Source: Eledone cirrhosa (Eukaryota). From it: a stretch of 64,000 nucleotides of DNA. A program made the translations under genes and the position numbers. The DNA is taken from assembly GCA_964016885.1 (NCBI GenBank), contig OZ024741.1, positions 246,698,001 through 246,762,000 of the forward strand. Reading direction: 5' to 3'. The notes under the pieces are model-generated. The model was given only the letters and a program-made list of their open reading frames with translations. It was not told where the DNA came from and made no database searches. Of the stretch, positions 27,801 through 41,399 are shown one piece after another (the first letter of the stretch is position 1; every line of letters starts with the position of its first letter).

Positions 27801-30800
27801 GGCTGGCGGGAAATTATCTCCCCTTGGACGGCTGGAAATTATCTCCCCTTGGAAGGATGGAAATTATCTCCCCTTGGACGGCTGGAAATTATCTACCCCT
27901 GATTTTTTTTACAAATTATCTCCCCCTGATTTTTTTACAAATTATCTCCCCCTGATTTTTTTTACAAATTATCTCCGCCTGATTTTTTTAAATGTTATCT
28001 CTCCTTGGCTGGCGGGAAATTATCTCCCCTTGGACGGCTAGAAATTACCTCTCCTTGGACGGCTGAAAATTATCTCCCCTTGGACGGCTGGAAATTATCT
28101 CCCCTTGATTTTTTTACAAATTATCTCCCCCTGATTTTTTTTTTACAAATTATCTCCCCCTGATTTTTTTTTACAAATTATCTACCCCTGATTTTTTTTT
28201 ACAAATTATCTCCCCCTGATTTTTTTTACGAATTATCTCCCCCTGATTTTTTTTTACAAATTATCTCCCCCTGATTTTTTTAAATGTTATCTCTCCTTGG
28301 CTGGCGGGAAATTATCTCCCCTTGGACGGCTGGAAATTATCTCCCCTTGGAAGGATGGAAATTATCTCCCCTTGGACGGCTGAAAATTATCTACCCCTGA
28401 TTTTTTTTACAAATTATCTCCCCCTGATTTTTTTACAAATTATCTCCGCCTGATTTTTTTAAATGTTATCTCTCCTTGGCTGGCGGGAAATTATCTCCCC
28501 TTGGACGGCTGGAAATTATCTCCCCTTGGAAGGATGGAAATTATCTCCCCTTGGACGGCTGAAAATTATCTACCCCTGATTTTTTTTACAAATTATCTCC
28601 CCCTGATTTTTTTTACAAATTATCTCCCCCTGATTTTTTTTACAAATTATCTACCCCTGATTTTTTTTACAAATTATCTCCCCCTGATTTTTTTTACAAA
28701 TTATCTCCCCCTGATTTTTTTTTACAAATTATCTCCCCCTGATTTTTTTTTTACAAATTATCTCCCCCTGATTTTTTTACAAATTATCTCCCCCTGATTT
28801 TTTTTACAATCTCCGCCTGATTTTTTAAAAAATTATCTTCCCTTGGCTGGCGGGAAATTATCTCCCCTTGGACGGCTGGAAATTATCTCCTCTTGGAAGG
28901 ATGGAAATTATCTCCCCTTGGACGGCTGGAAATTATCTCCCCTTGCACGGCTGGAAATTATAGCCCCTTGGAGGGCTGGAAATTATCTCCCCTTGATATT
29001 TTTTACAAATTATCTCCCCCTGATTTTTTTTTCAAATTATCTCCCCCTGATTTTTTTTACAAATTATCTCCCCCCTGATTTTTTTACAAATTATCTCCCC
29101 TTGGCTGGCTGGAAATTATCTCCCCTTGGAGGCTGGAACTTATCTCCCCTTGGACGGCTAGAAATTACCTCTCCTTGGACGGCTGGAAAATATGTCTCCT
29201 TGGACGGCTGGATATTATCTCCCCTTGGACGGCTGGAAATTATCTCCCCTTGGACGGCTGGAAATTATCTCCCCTTGGATGGCTAGATATTACCTCCCCT
29301 TGGACGGCTGGAAATTATCTCCCCTTGATTATTTTTACAAATTATCTCCCCCTGATTTTTTTTTACAAATTATCTCCCCCTGATTTTTTTTTACAAATTA
29401 TCTCCCCCTGATTTTTTTTTTAAAATTATCTCCCCCTGATTTTTGTTTACAAATTATCTCCGCCTGATTTTTTTTTAAAAATTATCTCCCCTTGGACGGC
29501 TGGAAATTATCTCCCCTTGGACGGCTGGAAATTATATCTCCTTGGACGGCTAGAATTTACCTCTCCTTGGACGGCTGAAAATTATCTCCCCTTGGACGGC
29601 TGGAAATTATCTCCCCTTGATTTTTTTTACAAATTATCTCCCCCTGATTTTTTTTTACAAATTATCTCCCCCTGATTTTTTTTTACAAATTATTTCCGCC
29701 TGATTTTTTTACAAATTATCTCCGCCTGATTTTTTTAAATATTATCTCTCCTTGGCTGGCGGGAAATTATCTCCCCTTGGACGGCTGGAAATTATCTCCC
29801 CTTGGAAGGATGGAAATTATCTCCCCTTGGACGGCTGGAAATTATCTACCCCTGATTTTTTTTACAAATTATCTCCCCCTGATTTTTTTACAAATTATCT
29901 CCCCCTGATTTTTTTTACAAATTATCTCCGCCTGATTTTTTTAAATGTTATCTCTCCTTGGCTGGCGGGAAATTATCTCCCCTTGGACGGCTGGAAATTA
30001 TCTCCCCTTGGAAGGATGGAAATCATCTCCCCTTGGACGGCTGAAAATTATCTACCCCTGATTTTTTTTACAAATTATCTCCCCCTGATTTTTTTTACAA
30101 ATTATCTCCCCCTGATTTTTTTTACAAATTATCTACCCCTGATTTTTTCTACAAATTATCTCCCCCTGATTTTTTTTACAAATTATCTCCCCCTGATTTT
30201 TTTTTTACAAATTATCTCCCCCTGATTTTTTTACAAATTATCTCCCACTGATTTTTTTTTTACAAATTATCTCCCCCTGATTTTTTTACAAATTATCTCC
30301 CCTTGGCTGGCTGGAAATTTTCTCCCCTTGGAGGCTGGAACTTATCTCCCCTTGGACGGCTAGAAATTACCTCTCCTTGGACGGCTGGAAAATATGTCTC
30401 CTTGGACGGCTGGATATTATCTCCCCTTGGACGGCTGGAAATTATCTCCCCTTGGACGGCTGGAAATTATCTCCCCTTGGATGGCTAGATATTACCTCCC
30501 CTTGGACGGCTGGAAATTATCTCCCCTTGATTTTTTTTACAAATTATCTCCCCCTGATTTTTTTTTACAAATTATCTCCCCCTGATTTTTGTTTACAAAT
30601 TATCTCCGCCTGATTTTTTAAAAAAAATTATCTCCCCTTGGACGGCTGGAAATTATCTCCCCTTGGACGGCTAGAAATTACCTCCTTGGACGGCTGAAAA
30701 TTATCTCCCCTTGGACGGCTGGAAATTATCTCCCCTTGATTTTTTTACAAATTATCTCCCCCTGATTTTTTTTTACAAATTATCTCCCCCTGATTTTTTT

Positions 30801-32660
30801 TTACAAATTATCTCCCCCTGATTTTTTTTTACAAATTATCTACCCCTGATTTTTTTTTACAAATTATCTCCCCCTGATTTTTTTTACGAATTATGTCCCC
30901 CTGATTTTTTTTTACAAATTATCTCCCCCTGATTTTTTTAAATGTTATCTCTCCTTGGCTGGCGGGAAATTATCTCCCCTTGGACGGCTGGAAATTATCT
31001 CCCCTTGGAAGGATGGAAATTATCTCCCCTTGGACGGCTGAAAATTATCTACCCCTGATTTTTTTTACAAATTATCTCCCCCTGATTTTTTTACAAATTA
31101 TCTCCGCCTGATTTTTTTAAATGTTATCTCTCCTTGGCTGGCGGGAAATTATCTCCCCTTGGACGGCTGGAAATTATCTCCCCTTGGAAGGATGGAAATT
31201 ATCTCCCCTTGGACGGCTGAAAATTATCTACCCCTAACTTTTTTTACAAATTATCTCCCCCTGATTTTTTTTACAAATTATCTCCCCCTGATTTTTTTTA
31301 CAAATTATCTACCCCTGATTTTTTTTACAAATTATCTCCCCCTGATTTTTTTTACAAATTATCTCCCCCTGATTTTTTTTTACAAATTATCTCCCCCTGA
31401 TTTTTTTTTTACAAATTATCTCCCCCTGATTTTTTTACAAATTATCTCCCCCTGATTTTTTTTACAATCTCCGCCTGATTTTTTAAAAAATTATCTTCCC
31501 TTGGCTGGCGGGAAATTATCTCCCCTTGGACGGCTGGAAATTATCTCCTCTTGGAAGGATGGAAATTATCTCCCCTTGGACGGCTGGAAATTATCTCCCC
31601 TTGCACGGCTGGAAATTATAGCCCCTTGGAGGGCTGGAAATTATCTCCCCTTGATATTTTTTACAAATTATCTCCCCCTGATTTTTTTTTCAAATTATCT
31701 CCCCCTGATTTTTTTTACAAATTATCTCCCCCTGATTTTTTTACAAATTATCTCCCCTTGGCTGGCTGGAAATTATCTCCCCTTGGAGGCTGGAACTTAT
31801 CTCCCCTTGGACGGCTAGAAATTACCTCTCCTTGGACGGCTGGAAAATATGTCTCCTTGGACGGCTGGATATTATCTCCCCTTGGACGGCTGGAAATTAT
31901 CTCCCCTTGGACGGCTGGAAATTATCTCCCCTTGGATGGCTAGATATTACCTCCCCTTGGACGGCTGGAAATTATCTCCCCTTGATTATTTTTACAAATT
32001 ATCTCCCCCTGATTTTTTTTTACAAATTATCTCCCCCTGATTTTTTGTTACAAATTATCTCCCCCTGATTTTTTTTTAAAAATTATCTCCCCCTGATTTT
32101 TGTTTACAAATTATCTCCGCCTGATTTTTTTTTAAAAATTATCTCCCCTTGGACGGCTGGAAATTATCTCCCCTTGGACGGCTGGAAATTATATCTCCTT
32201 GGACGGCTAGAATTTACCTCTCCTTGGACGGCTGAAAATTATCTCCCCTTGGACGGCTGGAAATTATCTCCCCTTGATTTTTTTTACAAATTATCTCCCC
32301 CTGATTTTTTTTTACAAATTATCTCCCCCTGATTTTTTTTTACAAATTATCTCCCCCTGATTTTTTTTTACAAATTATTTCCGCCTGATTTTTTTTACAA
32401 ATTATCTCCGCCTGATTTTTTTAAATATTATCTCTCCTTGGCTGGCGGGAAATTATCTCCCCTTGGACGGCTGGAAATTATCTCCCCTTGGAAGGATGGA
32501 AATTATCTCCACATGGACGGCTGGAAATTATCTACCCCTGATTTTTTTTACAAATTATCTACCCCTGATTTTTTTACAAATTATCTCCCCCTGATTTTTT
32601 TTACAAATTATCTCCGCCTGATTTTTTTAAATGTTATCTCTCCTTGGCTGGCGGGAAATT
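20471..32660 (+). repeat. Near-perfect 4641-bp higher-order repeat, ~2.6 tandem copies (2659 + 1982 bp subunits)
   Basis: Matching landmarks at 20471/25112/29752, 21022/25663/30303, 21878/26519/31159 and 22220/26861/31501 give offsets of 4641 and 4640. Related units start at 6765, 15591, 42459 and 48636. Confidence 0.9.
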
Positions 32661-33424
32661 ATCTCCCCTTGGACGGCTGGAAATTATCTCCCCTTGGAAG
32701 GATGGAAATCATCTCCCCTTGGACGGCTGAAAATTATCTACCCCTGATTTTTTTTACAAATTATCTCCCCCTGATTTTTTTTACAAATTATCTCCCCCTG
32801 ATTTTTTTTACAAATTATCTACCCCTGATTTTTTCTACAAATTATCTCCCCCTGATTTTTTTTACAAATTATCTCCCCCTGATTTTTTTTTTACAAATTA
32901 TCTCCCCCTGATTTTTTTACAAATTATCTCCCACTGATTTTTTTTTTACAAATTATCTCCCCCTGATTTTTTTACAAATTATCTCCCCTTGGCTGGCTGG
33001 AAATTTTCTCCCCTTGGAGGCTGGAACTTATCTCCCCTTGGACGGCTAGAAATTACCTCTCCTTGGACGGCTGGAAAATATGTCTCATTGGACGGCTGGA
33101 TATTATCTCCCCTTGGACGGCTGGAAATTATCTCCCCTTGGACGGCTGGAAATTATCTCCCCTTGGATGGCTAGATATTACCTCCCCTTGGACGGCTGGA
33201 AATTATCTCCCCTTGATTTTTTTTACAAATTATCTCCCCCTGATTTTTTTTTACAAATTATCTCCCCCTGATTTTTTTTTACAAATTATCTCCCCCTGAT
33301 TTTTGTTTACAAATTATCTCCGCCTGATTTTTTAAAAAAAATTATCTCCCCTTGGACGGCTGGAAATTATCTCCCCTTGGACGGCTAGAAATTACCTCCT
33401 TGGACGGCTGAAAATTATCTCCCC

Positions 33425-35360
33425 TTGGACGGCTGGAAATTATCTCCCCTTGGAAGGATGGAAATTATCTCCCCTTGGACGGCTGGAAATTATCTACCCC
33501 TGATTTTTTTTACAAATTATCTCCCCCTGATTTTTTTTACAAATTATCTCCCCCTGATTTTTTTTTACAAATTATCTACATCTGATTTTTTTACAAATTA
33601 TCTCCCCTTGGCTGGCTGGAAATTATCTCCCCTTGGACGGCTAGAAATTACCTCTCCTTGGACGGCTGAAAATTATCTCCCCTTGGACGGCTGGAAATTA
33701 TCTCCCCTTGATTTTTTTACAAATTATCTCCCCCTGATTTTTTTTTTACAAATTATCTCCCCCTGATTTTTTTTTACAAATTATCTACCCCTGATTTTTT
33801 TTTACAAATTATCTCCCCTTGATTTTTTTTACAAATTATCTCCCCCTGATTTTTTTTTACAAATTATCTCCCCCTGATTTTTTTTTACAAATTATCTCCC
33901 CCTGATTTTTGTTTACAAATTATCTCCGCCTGATTTTTTTAAAAAAATTATCTCCCCTTGGACGGCTGGAAATTATCTCCCCTTGGACGGCTAGAAATTA
34001 CCTCTCCTTGGACGGCTGAAAATTATCTCCCCTTGGACGGCTGGAAATTATCTCCCCTTGATTTTTTTACAAATTATCTCCCCCTGATTTTTTTTTTACA
34101 AATTATCTCCCCCTGATTTTTTTTTACAAATTATCTACCCCTGATTTTTTTTTACAAATTATCTCCCCCTGATTTTTTTTTACGAATTATCTCCCCCTGA
34201 TTTTTTTTTACAAATTATCTCCCCCTGATTTTTTTAAATGTTATCTCTCCTTGGCTGGCGGGAAATTATCTCCCCTTGGACGGCTGGAAATTATCTCCCC
34301 TTGGAAGGATGGAAATTATCTCCCCTTGGACGGCTGAAAATTATCTACCCCTGATTTTTTTTACAAATTATCTCCCCCTGATTTTTTTACAAATTATCTC
34401 CGCCTGATTTTTTTAAATGTTATCTCTCCTTGGCTGGCGGGAAATTATCTCCCCTTGGACGGCTGGAAATTATCTCCCCTTGGAAGGATGAAAATTATCT
34501 CCCCTTGGACGGCTGAAAATTATCTACCCCTGATTTTTTTTACAAATTATCTCCCCCTGATTTTTTTTACAAATTATCTCCCCCTGATTTTTTTTACAAA
34601 TGATCTACCCCTGATTTTTTTTACAAATTATCTCCCCCTGATTTTTTTTACAAATTATCTCCCCCTGATTTTTTTTTACAAATTATCTCCCCCTGATTTT
34701 TTTTTACAAATTATCTCCCCCTGATTTTTTTACAAATTATCTCCCCCTGATTTTTTTTACAATCTCCGCCTGATTTTTTAAAAAATTATCTTCCCTTGGC
34801 TGGCGGGAAATTATCTCCCCTTGGACGGCTGGAAATTATCTCCCCTTGGAAGGATGGAAATTATCTCCCCTTGGACGGCTGGAAATTATCTCCCCTTGCA
34901 CGGCTGGAAATTATAGCCCCTTGGAGGGCTGGAAATTATCTCCCCTTGATATTTTTTACAAATTATCTCCCCCTGATTTTTTTTTCAAATTATCTCCCCC
35001 TGATTTTTTTTACAAATTATCTCCCCCCTGATTTTTTTACAAATTATCTCCCCTTGGCTGGCTGGAAATTATCTCCCCTTGGAGGCTGGAACTTATCTCC
35101 CCTTGGACGGCTAGAAATTACCTCTCCTTGGACGGCTGGAAAATATGTCTCCTTGGACGGCTGGATATTATCTCCCCTTGGACGGCTGGAAATTATCTCC
35201 CCTTGGACGGCTGGAAATTATCTCCCCTTGGATGGCTAAATATTACCTCCCCTTGGACGGCTGGAAATTATCTCCCCTTGATTTTTTTTACAAATTATCT
35301 CCCCCTGATTTTTTTTTACAAATTATCTCCCCCTGATTTTTTTTTACAAATTATCTCCCC
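33425..35360 (+). repeat. ~1.9-kb segment with a dispersed copy 21021 bp downstream (~54446-56380)
   Basis: A constant offset of 21021 holds for ORFs 33425, 34455, 34796 and 35128. Private variants are GGATGAAAA (34491/55512) and AAATGATCTA (34602/55623). Confidence 0.85.
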
Positions 35361-38300
35361 CTGATTTTTGTTTACAAATTATCTCCGCCTGATTTTTAAA
35401 AAAAAATTATCTCCCCTTGGACGGCTGGAAATTATCTCCCCTTGGACGGCTAGAAATTACCTCCTTGGACGGCTGAAAATTATCTCCCCTTGGACGGCTG
35501 GAAATTATCTCCCCTTGATTTTTTTACAAATTATCTCGCCCTGATTTTTTTTTTACAAATTATCTCCCCCTGATTTTTTTTTACAAATTATCTACCCCTG
35601 ATTTTTTTTTACAAATTATCTCCCCCTGATTTTTTTTACAAATTATCTCCCCTGATTTTTTTTTACAAATTATCTCCCCCTGATTTTTTTTACAAATTAT
35701 CTCCGCCTGATTTTTTTAAATATTATCTCTCCTTGGCTGGCGGGAAATTATCTCCCCTTGGACGGCTGGAAATTATCTCCCCTTGGAAGGATGGAAATTA
35801 TCTCCCCTTGGACGGCTGGAAATTATCTACCCCTGATTTTTTTTACAAATTATCTCCCCCTGATTTTTTTACAAATTATCTCCCCCTGATTTTTTTTACA
35901 AATTATCTCCGCCTGATTTTTTTAAATGTTATCTCTCCTTGGCTGGCGTGAAATTATCTCCCCTTGGACGGCTGGAAATTATCTCCCCTTGGAAGGATGG
36001 AAATTATCTCCCCTTGGACGGCTGGAAATTATCTACCCCTGATTTTTTTTACAAATTATCTCCCCCTGATTTTTTTTACAAATTATCTCCCCCTGATTTT
36101 TTTTTACAAATTATCTACCCCTGATTTTTTTACAAATTATCTCCCCTTGGCTGGCTGGAAATTATCTCCCCTTGGACGGCTAGAAATTACCTGTCCTTGG
36201 ACGGCTGAAAATTATCTCCCCTTGGACGGCTGGAAATTATCTCCCCTTGATTTTTTTACAAATTATCTCCCCCTGATTTTTTTTTTACAAATTATCTCCC
36301 CCTGATTTTTTTTTACAAATTATCTACCCCTGATTTTTTTTTACAAATTATCTCCCCTTGATTTTTTTTACAAATTATCTCCCCCTGATTTTTTTTTACA
36401 AATTATCTCTCCCTGATTTTTTTTTACAAATTATCTCCCCCTGATTTTTGTTTACAAATTATCTCCGCCTGATTTTTTTAAAAAAATTATCTCCCCTTGG
36501 ACGGCTGGAAATTATCTCCCCTTGGACGGCTAGAAATTACCTCTCCTTGGACGGCTGAAAATTATCTCCCCTTGGACGGCTGGAAATTATCTCCCCTTGA
36601 AATTTTTACAAATTATCTCCCCCTGATTTTTTTTTTACAAATTATCTCCCCCTGATTTTTTTTTACAAATTATCTACCCCTGATTTTTTTTTACAAATTA
36701 TCTCCCCCTGATTTTTTTTACGAATTATCTCCCCCTGATTTTTTTTTACAAATTATCTCCCCCTGATTTTTTTAAATGTTATCTCTCCTTGGCTGGCGGG
36801 AAATTATCTCCCCTTGGACGGCTGGAAATTATCTCCCCTTGGAAGGATGGAAATTATCTCCCCTTGGACGGCTGAAAATTATCTACCCCTGATTTTTTTT
36901 ACAAATTATCTCCCCCTGATTTTTTTACAAATTATCTCCGCCTGATTTTTTTAAATGTTATCTCTCCTTGGCTGGTGGGAAATTATCTCCCCTTGGACGG
37001 CTGGAAATTATCTCCCCTTGGAAGGATGGAAATTATCTCCCCTTGGACGGCTGAAAATTATCTACCCCTGATTTTTTTTACAAATTATCTCCCCCTGATT
37101 TTTTTTACAAATTATCTCCCCCTGATTTTTTTTACAAATTATCTACCCCTGATTTTTTTTACAAATTATCTCCCCCTGATTTTTTTTACAAATTATCTCC
37201 GCCTGATTTTTTTAAATATTATCTCTCCTTGGCTGGCGGGAAATTATCTCCCCTTGGACGGCTGGAAATTATCTCCCCTTGGAAGGATGGAAATTATCTC
37301 CCCTTGGACGGCTGAAAATTATCTACCCCTGATTTTTTTTACAAATTATCTCCCCCTGATTTTTTTTACAAATTATCTCCCCCTGATTTTTTTTTACAAA
37401 TTATCTACATCTGATTTTTTTACAAATTATTTCCCCTTGGCTGGCTGGAAATTATCTCCCCTTGGACGGCTAGAAATTACCTCTCCTTGGACGGCTGAAA
37501 ATTATCTCCCCTTGGACGGCTGGAAATTATCTCCCCTTGATTTTTTTACAAATTATCTCCCCCTGATTTTTTTTTTACAAATTATCTCCCCCTGATTTTT
37601 TTTTACAAATTATCTACCCCTGATTTTTTTTTACAAATTATCTCCCCTTGATTTTTTTTACAAATTATCTCCCCCTGATTTTTTTTTACAAATTATCTCC
37701 CCCTGATTTTTTTTTACAAATTATCTCCCCCTGATTTTTGTTTACAAATTATCTACCCCTGATTTTTTTTTACAAATTATCTCCCCCTGATTTTTTTAAA
37801 TGTTATCTCTCCTTGGCTGGCGGGAAATTATCTCCCCTTGGACGGCTGGATATTATCTCCCCTTGGAAGGATGGAAATTATCTCCCCTTGGACGGCTGAA
37901 AATTATCTACCCCTGATTTTTTTTACAAATTATCTCCCCCTGATTTTTTTACAAATTATCTCCGCCTGATTTTTTTAAATGTTATCTCTCCTTGGCTGGC
38001 GGGAAATTATCTCCCCTTGGACGGCTGGAAATTATCTCCCCTTGGAAGGATGGAAATTATCTCCCCTTGGACGGCTGAAAATTATCTACCCCTGATTTTT
38101 TTTACAAATTATCTCCCCCTTATTTTTTTTACAAATTATCTCCTCCTGATTTTTTTTACAAATTATCTACCCCTGATTTTTTTTACAAATTATCTCCCCC
38201 TGATTTTTTTTACAAATTATCTCCCCCTGATTTTTTTTTACAAATTATCTCCCCCTGATTTTTTTTTACAAATTATCTCCCCCTGATTTTTTTACAAATT

Positions 38301-41300
38301 ATCTCCCCCTGATTTTTTTTACAATCTCCGCCTGATTTTTTAAAAAATTATCTTCCCTTGGCTGGCGGGAAATTATCTCCCCTTGGACGGCTGGAAATTA
38401 TCTCCCCTTGGAAGGATGGAAATTATCTCCCCTTGGACGGCTGGAAATTATCTCCCCTTGCACGGCTGGAAATTATAGCCCCTTGGAGGGCTGGAAATTA
38501 TCTCCCCTTGATATTTTTTACAAATTATCTCCCCCTGATTTTTTTTTCAAATTATCTCCCCCTGATTTTTTTTACAAATTATCTCCCCCCTGATTTTTTT
38601 ACAAATTATCTCCCCTTGGCTGGCTGGAAATTATCTCCCCTTGGAGGCTGGAACTTATCTCCCCTTGGACGGCTAGAAATTACCTCTCCTTGGACGGCTG
38701 GAAAATATGTCTCCTTGGACGGCTGGATATTATCTCCCCTTGGACGGCTGGAAATTATCTCCCCTTGGACGGCTGGAAATTATCTCCCCTTGGATGGCTA
38801 GATATTACCTCCCCTTGGACGGCTGGAAATTATCTCCCTTGATTTTTTTTACAAATTATCTCCCCCTGATTTTTTTTTAAAAATTATCTCCCCCTGATTT
38901 TTGTTTACAAATTATCTCCGCCTGATTTTTTTTTAAAAATTATCTCCCCTTGGACGGCTGGAAATTATCTCCCCTTGGACGGCTGGAAATTATATCTCCT
39001 TGGACGGCTAGAATTTACCTCTCCTTGGACGGCTGAAAATTATCTCCCCTTGGACGGCTGGAAATTATCTCCCCTTGATTTTTTTTACAAATTATCTCCC
39101 CCTGATTTTTTTTTACAAATTATCTCCCCCTGATTTTTTTTTACAAATTATCTCCCCCTGATTTTTTTAAATGTTATCTCTCCTTGGCTGGCGGGAAATT
39201 ATCTCCCCTTGGACGGCTGGAAATTATCTCCCCTTGGAAGGATGGAAATTATCTCCCCTTGGACGGCTGGAAATTATCTACCCCTGATTTTTTTTACAAA
39301 TTATCTCCCCCTGATTTTTTTACAAATTATCTCCCCCTGATTTTTTTTACAAATTATCTCCGCCTGATTTTTTTAAATGTTATCTCTCCTTGGCTGGCGG
39401 GAAATTATCTCCCCTTGGACGGCTGGAAATTATCTCCCCTTGGAAGGATGGAAATTATCTCCCCTTGGACGGCTGAAAATTATCTACCCCTGATTTTTTT
39501 TACAAATTATCTCCCCCTGATTTTTTTTACAAATTATCTCCCCCTGATTTTTTTTACAAATTATCTACCCCTGATTTTTTCTACAAATTATCTCCCCCTG
39601 ATTTTTTTTACAAATTATCTCCCCCTGATTTTTTTTTTACAAATTATCTCCCCCTGATTTTTTTACAAATTATCTCCCCCTGATTTTTTTTTTACAAATT
39701 ATCTCCCCCTGATTTTTTTACAAATTATCTCCCCTTGGCTGGCTGGAAATTTTCTCCCCTTGGAGGCTGGAACTTATCTCCCCTTGGACGGCTAGAAATT
39801 ACCTCTCCTTGGACGGCTGGAAAATATGTCTCCTTGGACGGCTGGATATTATCTCCCCTTGGACGGCTGGAAATTATCTCCCCTTGGACGGCTGGAAATT
39901 ATCTCCCCTTGGATGGCTAGATATTACCTCTCCTTGGACGGCTGGAAATTATCTCCCCTTGATTTTTTTTACAAATTATCTCCCCCTGATTTTTTTTTAC
40001 AAATTATCTCCCCCTGATTTTTTTTTACAAATTATCTCCCCCTGATTTTTGTTTACAAATTATCTCCGCCTGATTTTTAAAAAAAATTATCTCCCCTTGG
40101 ACGGCTGGAAATTATCTCCCCTTGGACGGCTAGAAATTACCTCCTTGGACGGCTGAAAATTATCTCCCCTTGGACGGCTGGAAATTATCTCCCCTTGATT
40201 TTTTTACAAATTATCTCCCCCTGATTTTTTTTTTACAAATTATCTCCCCCTGATTTTTTTTTACAAATTATCTACCCCTGATTTTTTTTTACAAATTATC
40301 TCCCCCTGATTTTTTTTACAAATTATCTCCCCTGATTTTTTTTTACAAATTATCTCCCCCTGATTTTTTTACAAATTATCTCCCCCTGATTTTTTTTACA
40401 AATTATCTCCGCCTGATTTTTTTAAATATTATCTCTCCTTGGCTGGCGGGAAATTATCTCCCCTTGGACGGCTGGAAATTATCTCCCCTTGGAAGGATGG
40501 AAATTATCTCCCCTTGGACGGCTGAAAATTATCTACCCCTGATTTTTTTTACAAATTATCTCCCCCTGATTTTTTTTACAAATTATCTCCCCCTGATTTT
40601 TTTTACAAATTATCTACCCCTGATTTTTTCTACAAATTATCTCCCCCTGATTTTTTTTACAAATTATCTCCCCCTAATTTTTTTTACAAATTATCTCCCC
40701 CTGATTTTTTTTACAAATTATCTACCCCTGATTTTTTCTACAAATTATCTCCCCCTGATTTTTTTTACAAATTATCTCCCCCTGATTTTTTTTTTACAAA
40801 TTATCTCCCCCTGATTTTTTTTTACAAATTATCTACCCCTGATTTTTTTTTACAAATTATCTACCCCTGATTTTTTTTTACAAATTATCTCCCCCTGATT
40901 TTTTTTACAAATTATCTCCCCCTGATTTTTTTTACAAATTATCTACATCTGATTTTTTTACAAATTATCTCCCCTTGGCTGGCTGGAAATTATCTCCCCT
41001 TGGACGGCTAGAAATTACCTCTCCTTGGACGGCTGAAAATTATCTCCCCTTGGACGGCTGGAAATTATCTCCCCTTGATTTTTTTACAAATTATCTCCCC
41101 CTGATTTTTTTTTTACAAATTATCTCCCCCTGATTTTTTTTTACAAATTATCTACCCCTGATTTTTTTTTACAAATTATCTCCCCCTGATTTTTTTAAAT
41201 GTTATCTCTCCTTGGCTGGCGGGAAATTATCTCCCCTTGGACGGCTGGAAATTATCTCCCCTTGGAAGGATGGAAATTATCTCCCCTTGGACGGCTGAAA

Positions 41301-41399
41301 ATTATCTACCCCTGATTTTTTTTACAAATTATCTCCCCCTGATTTTTTTTACAAATTATCTCCCCCTGATTTTTTTTACAAATTATCTACCCCTGATTT

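Noticed and set aside
33570-33585. DnaA-box-like TTATCTACA / TTATCTACC, or iteron-type origin
   Set aside because: These have one or two mismatches to TTWTNCACA and arise as variants of the core. There is no rep or dnaA gene, and the 64-kb scale is unlike known origins.
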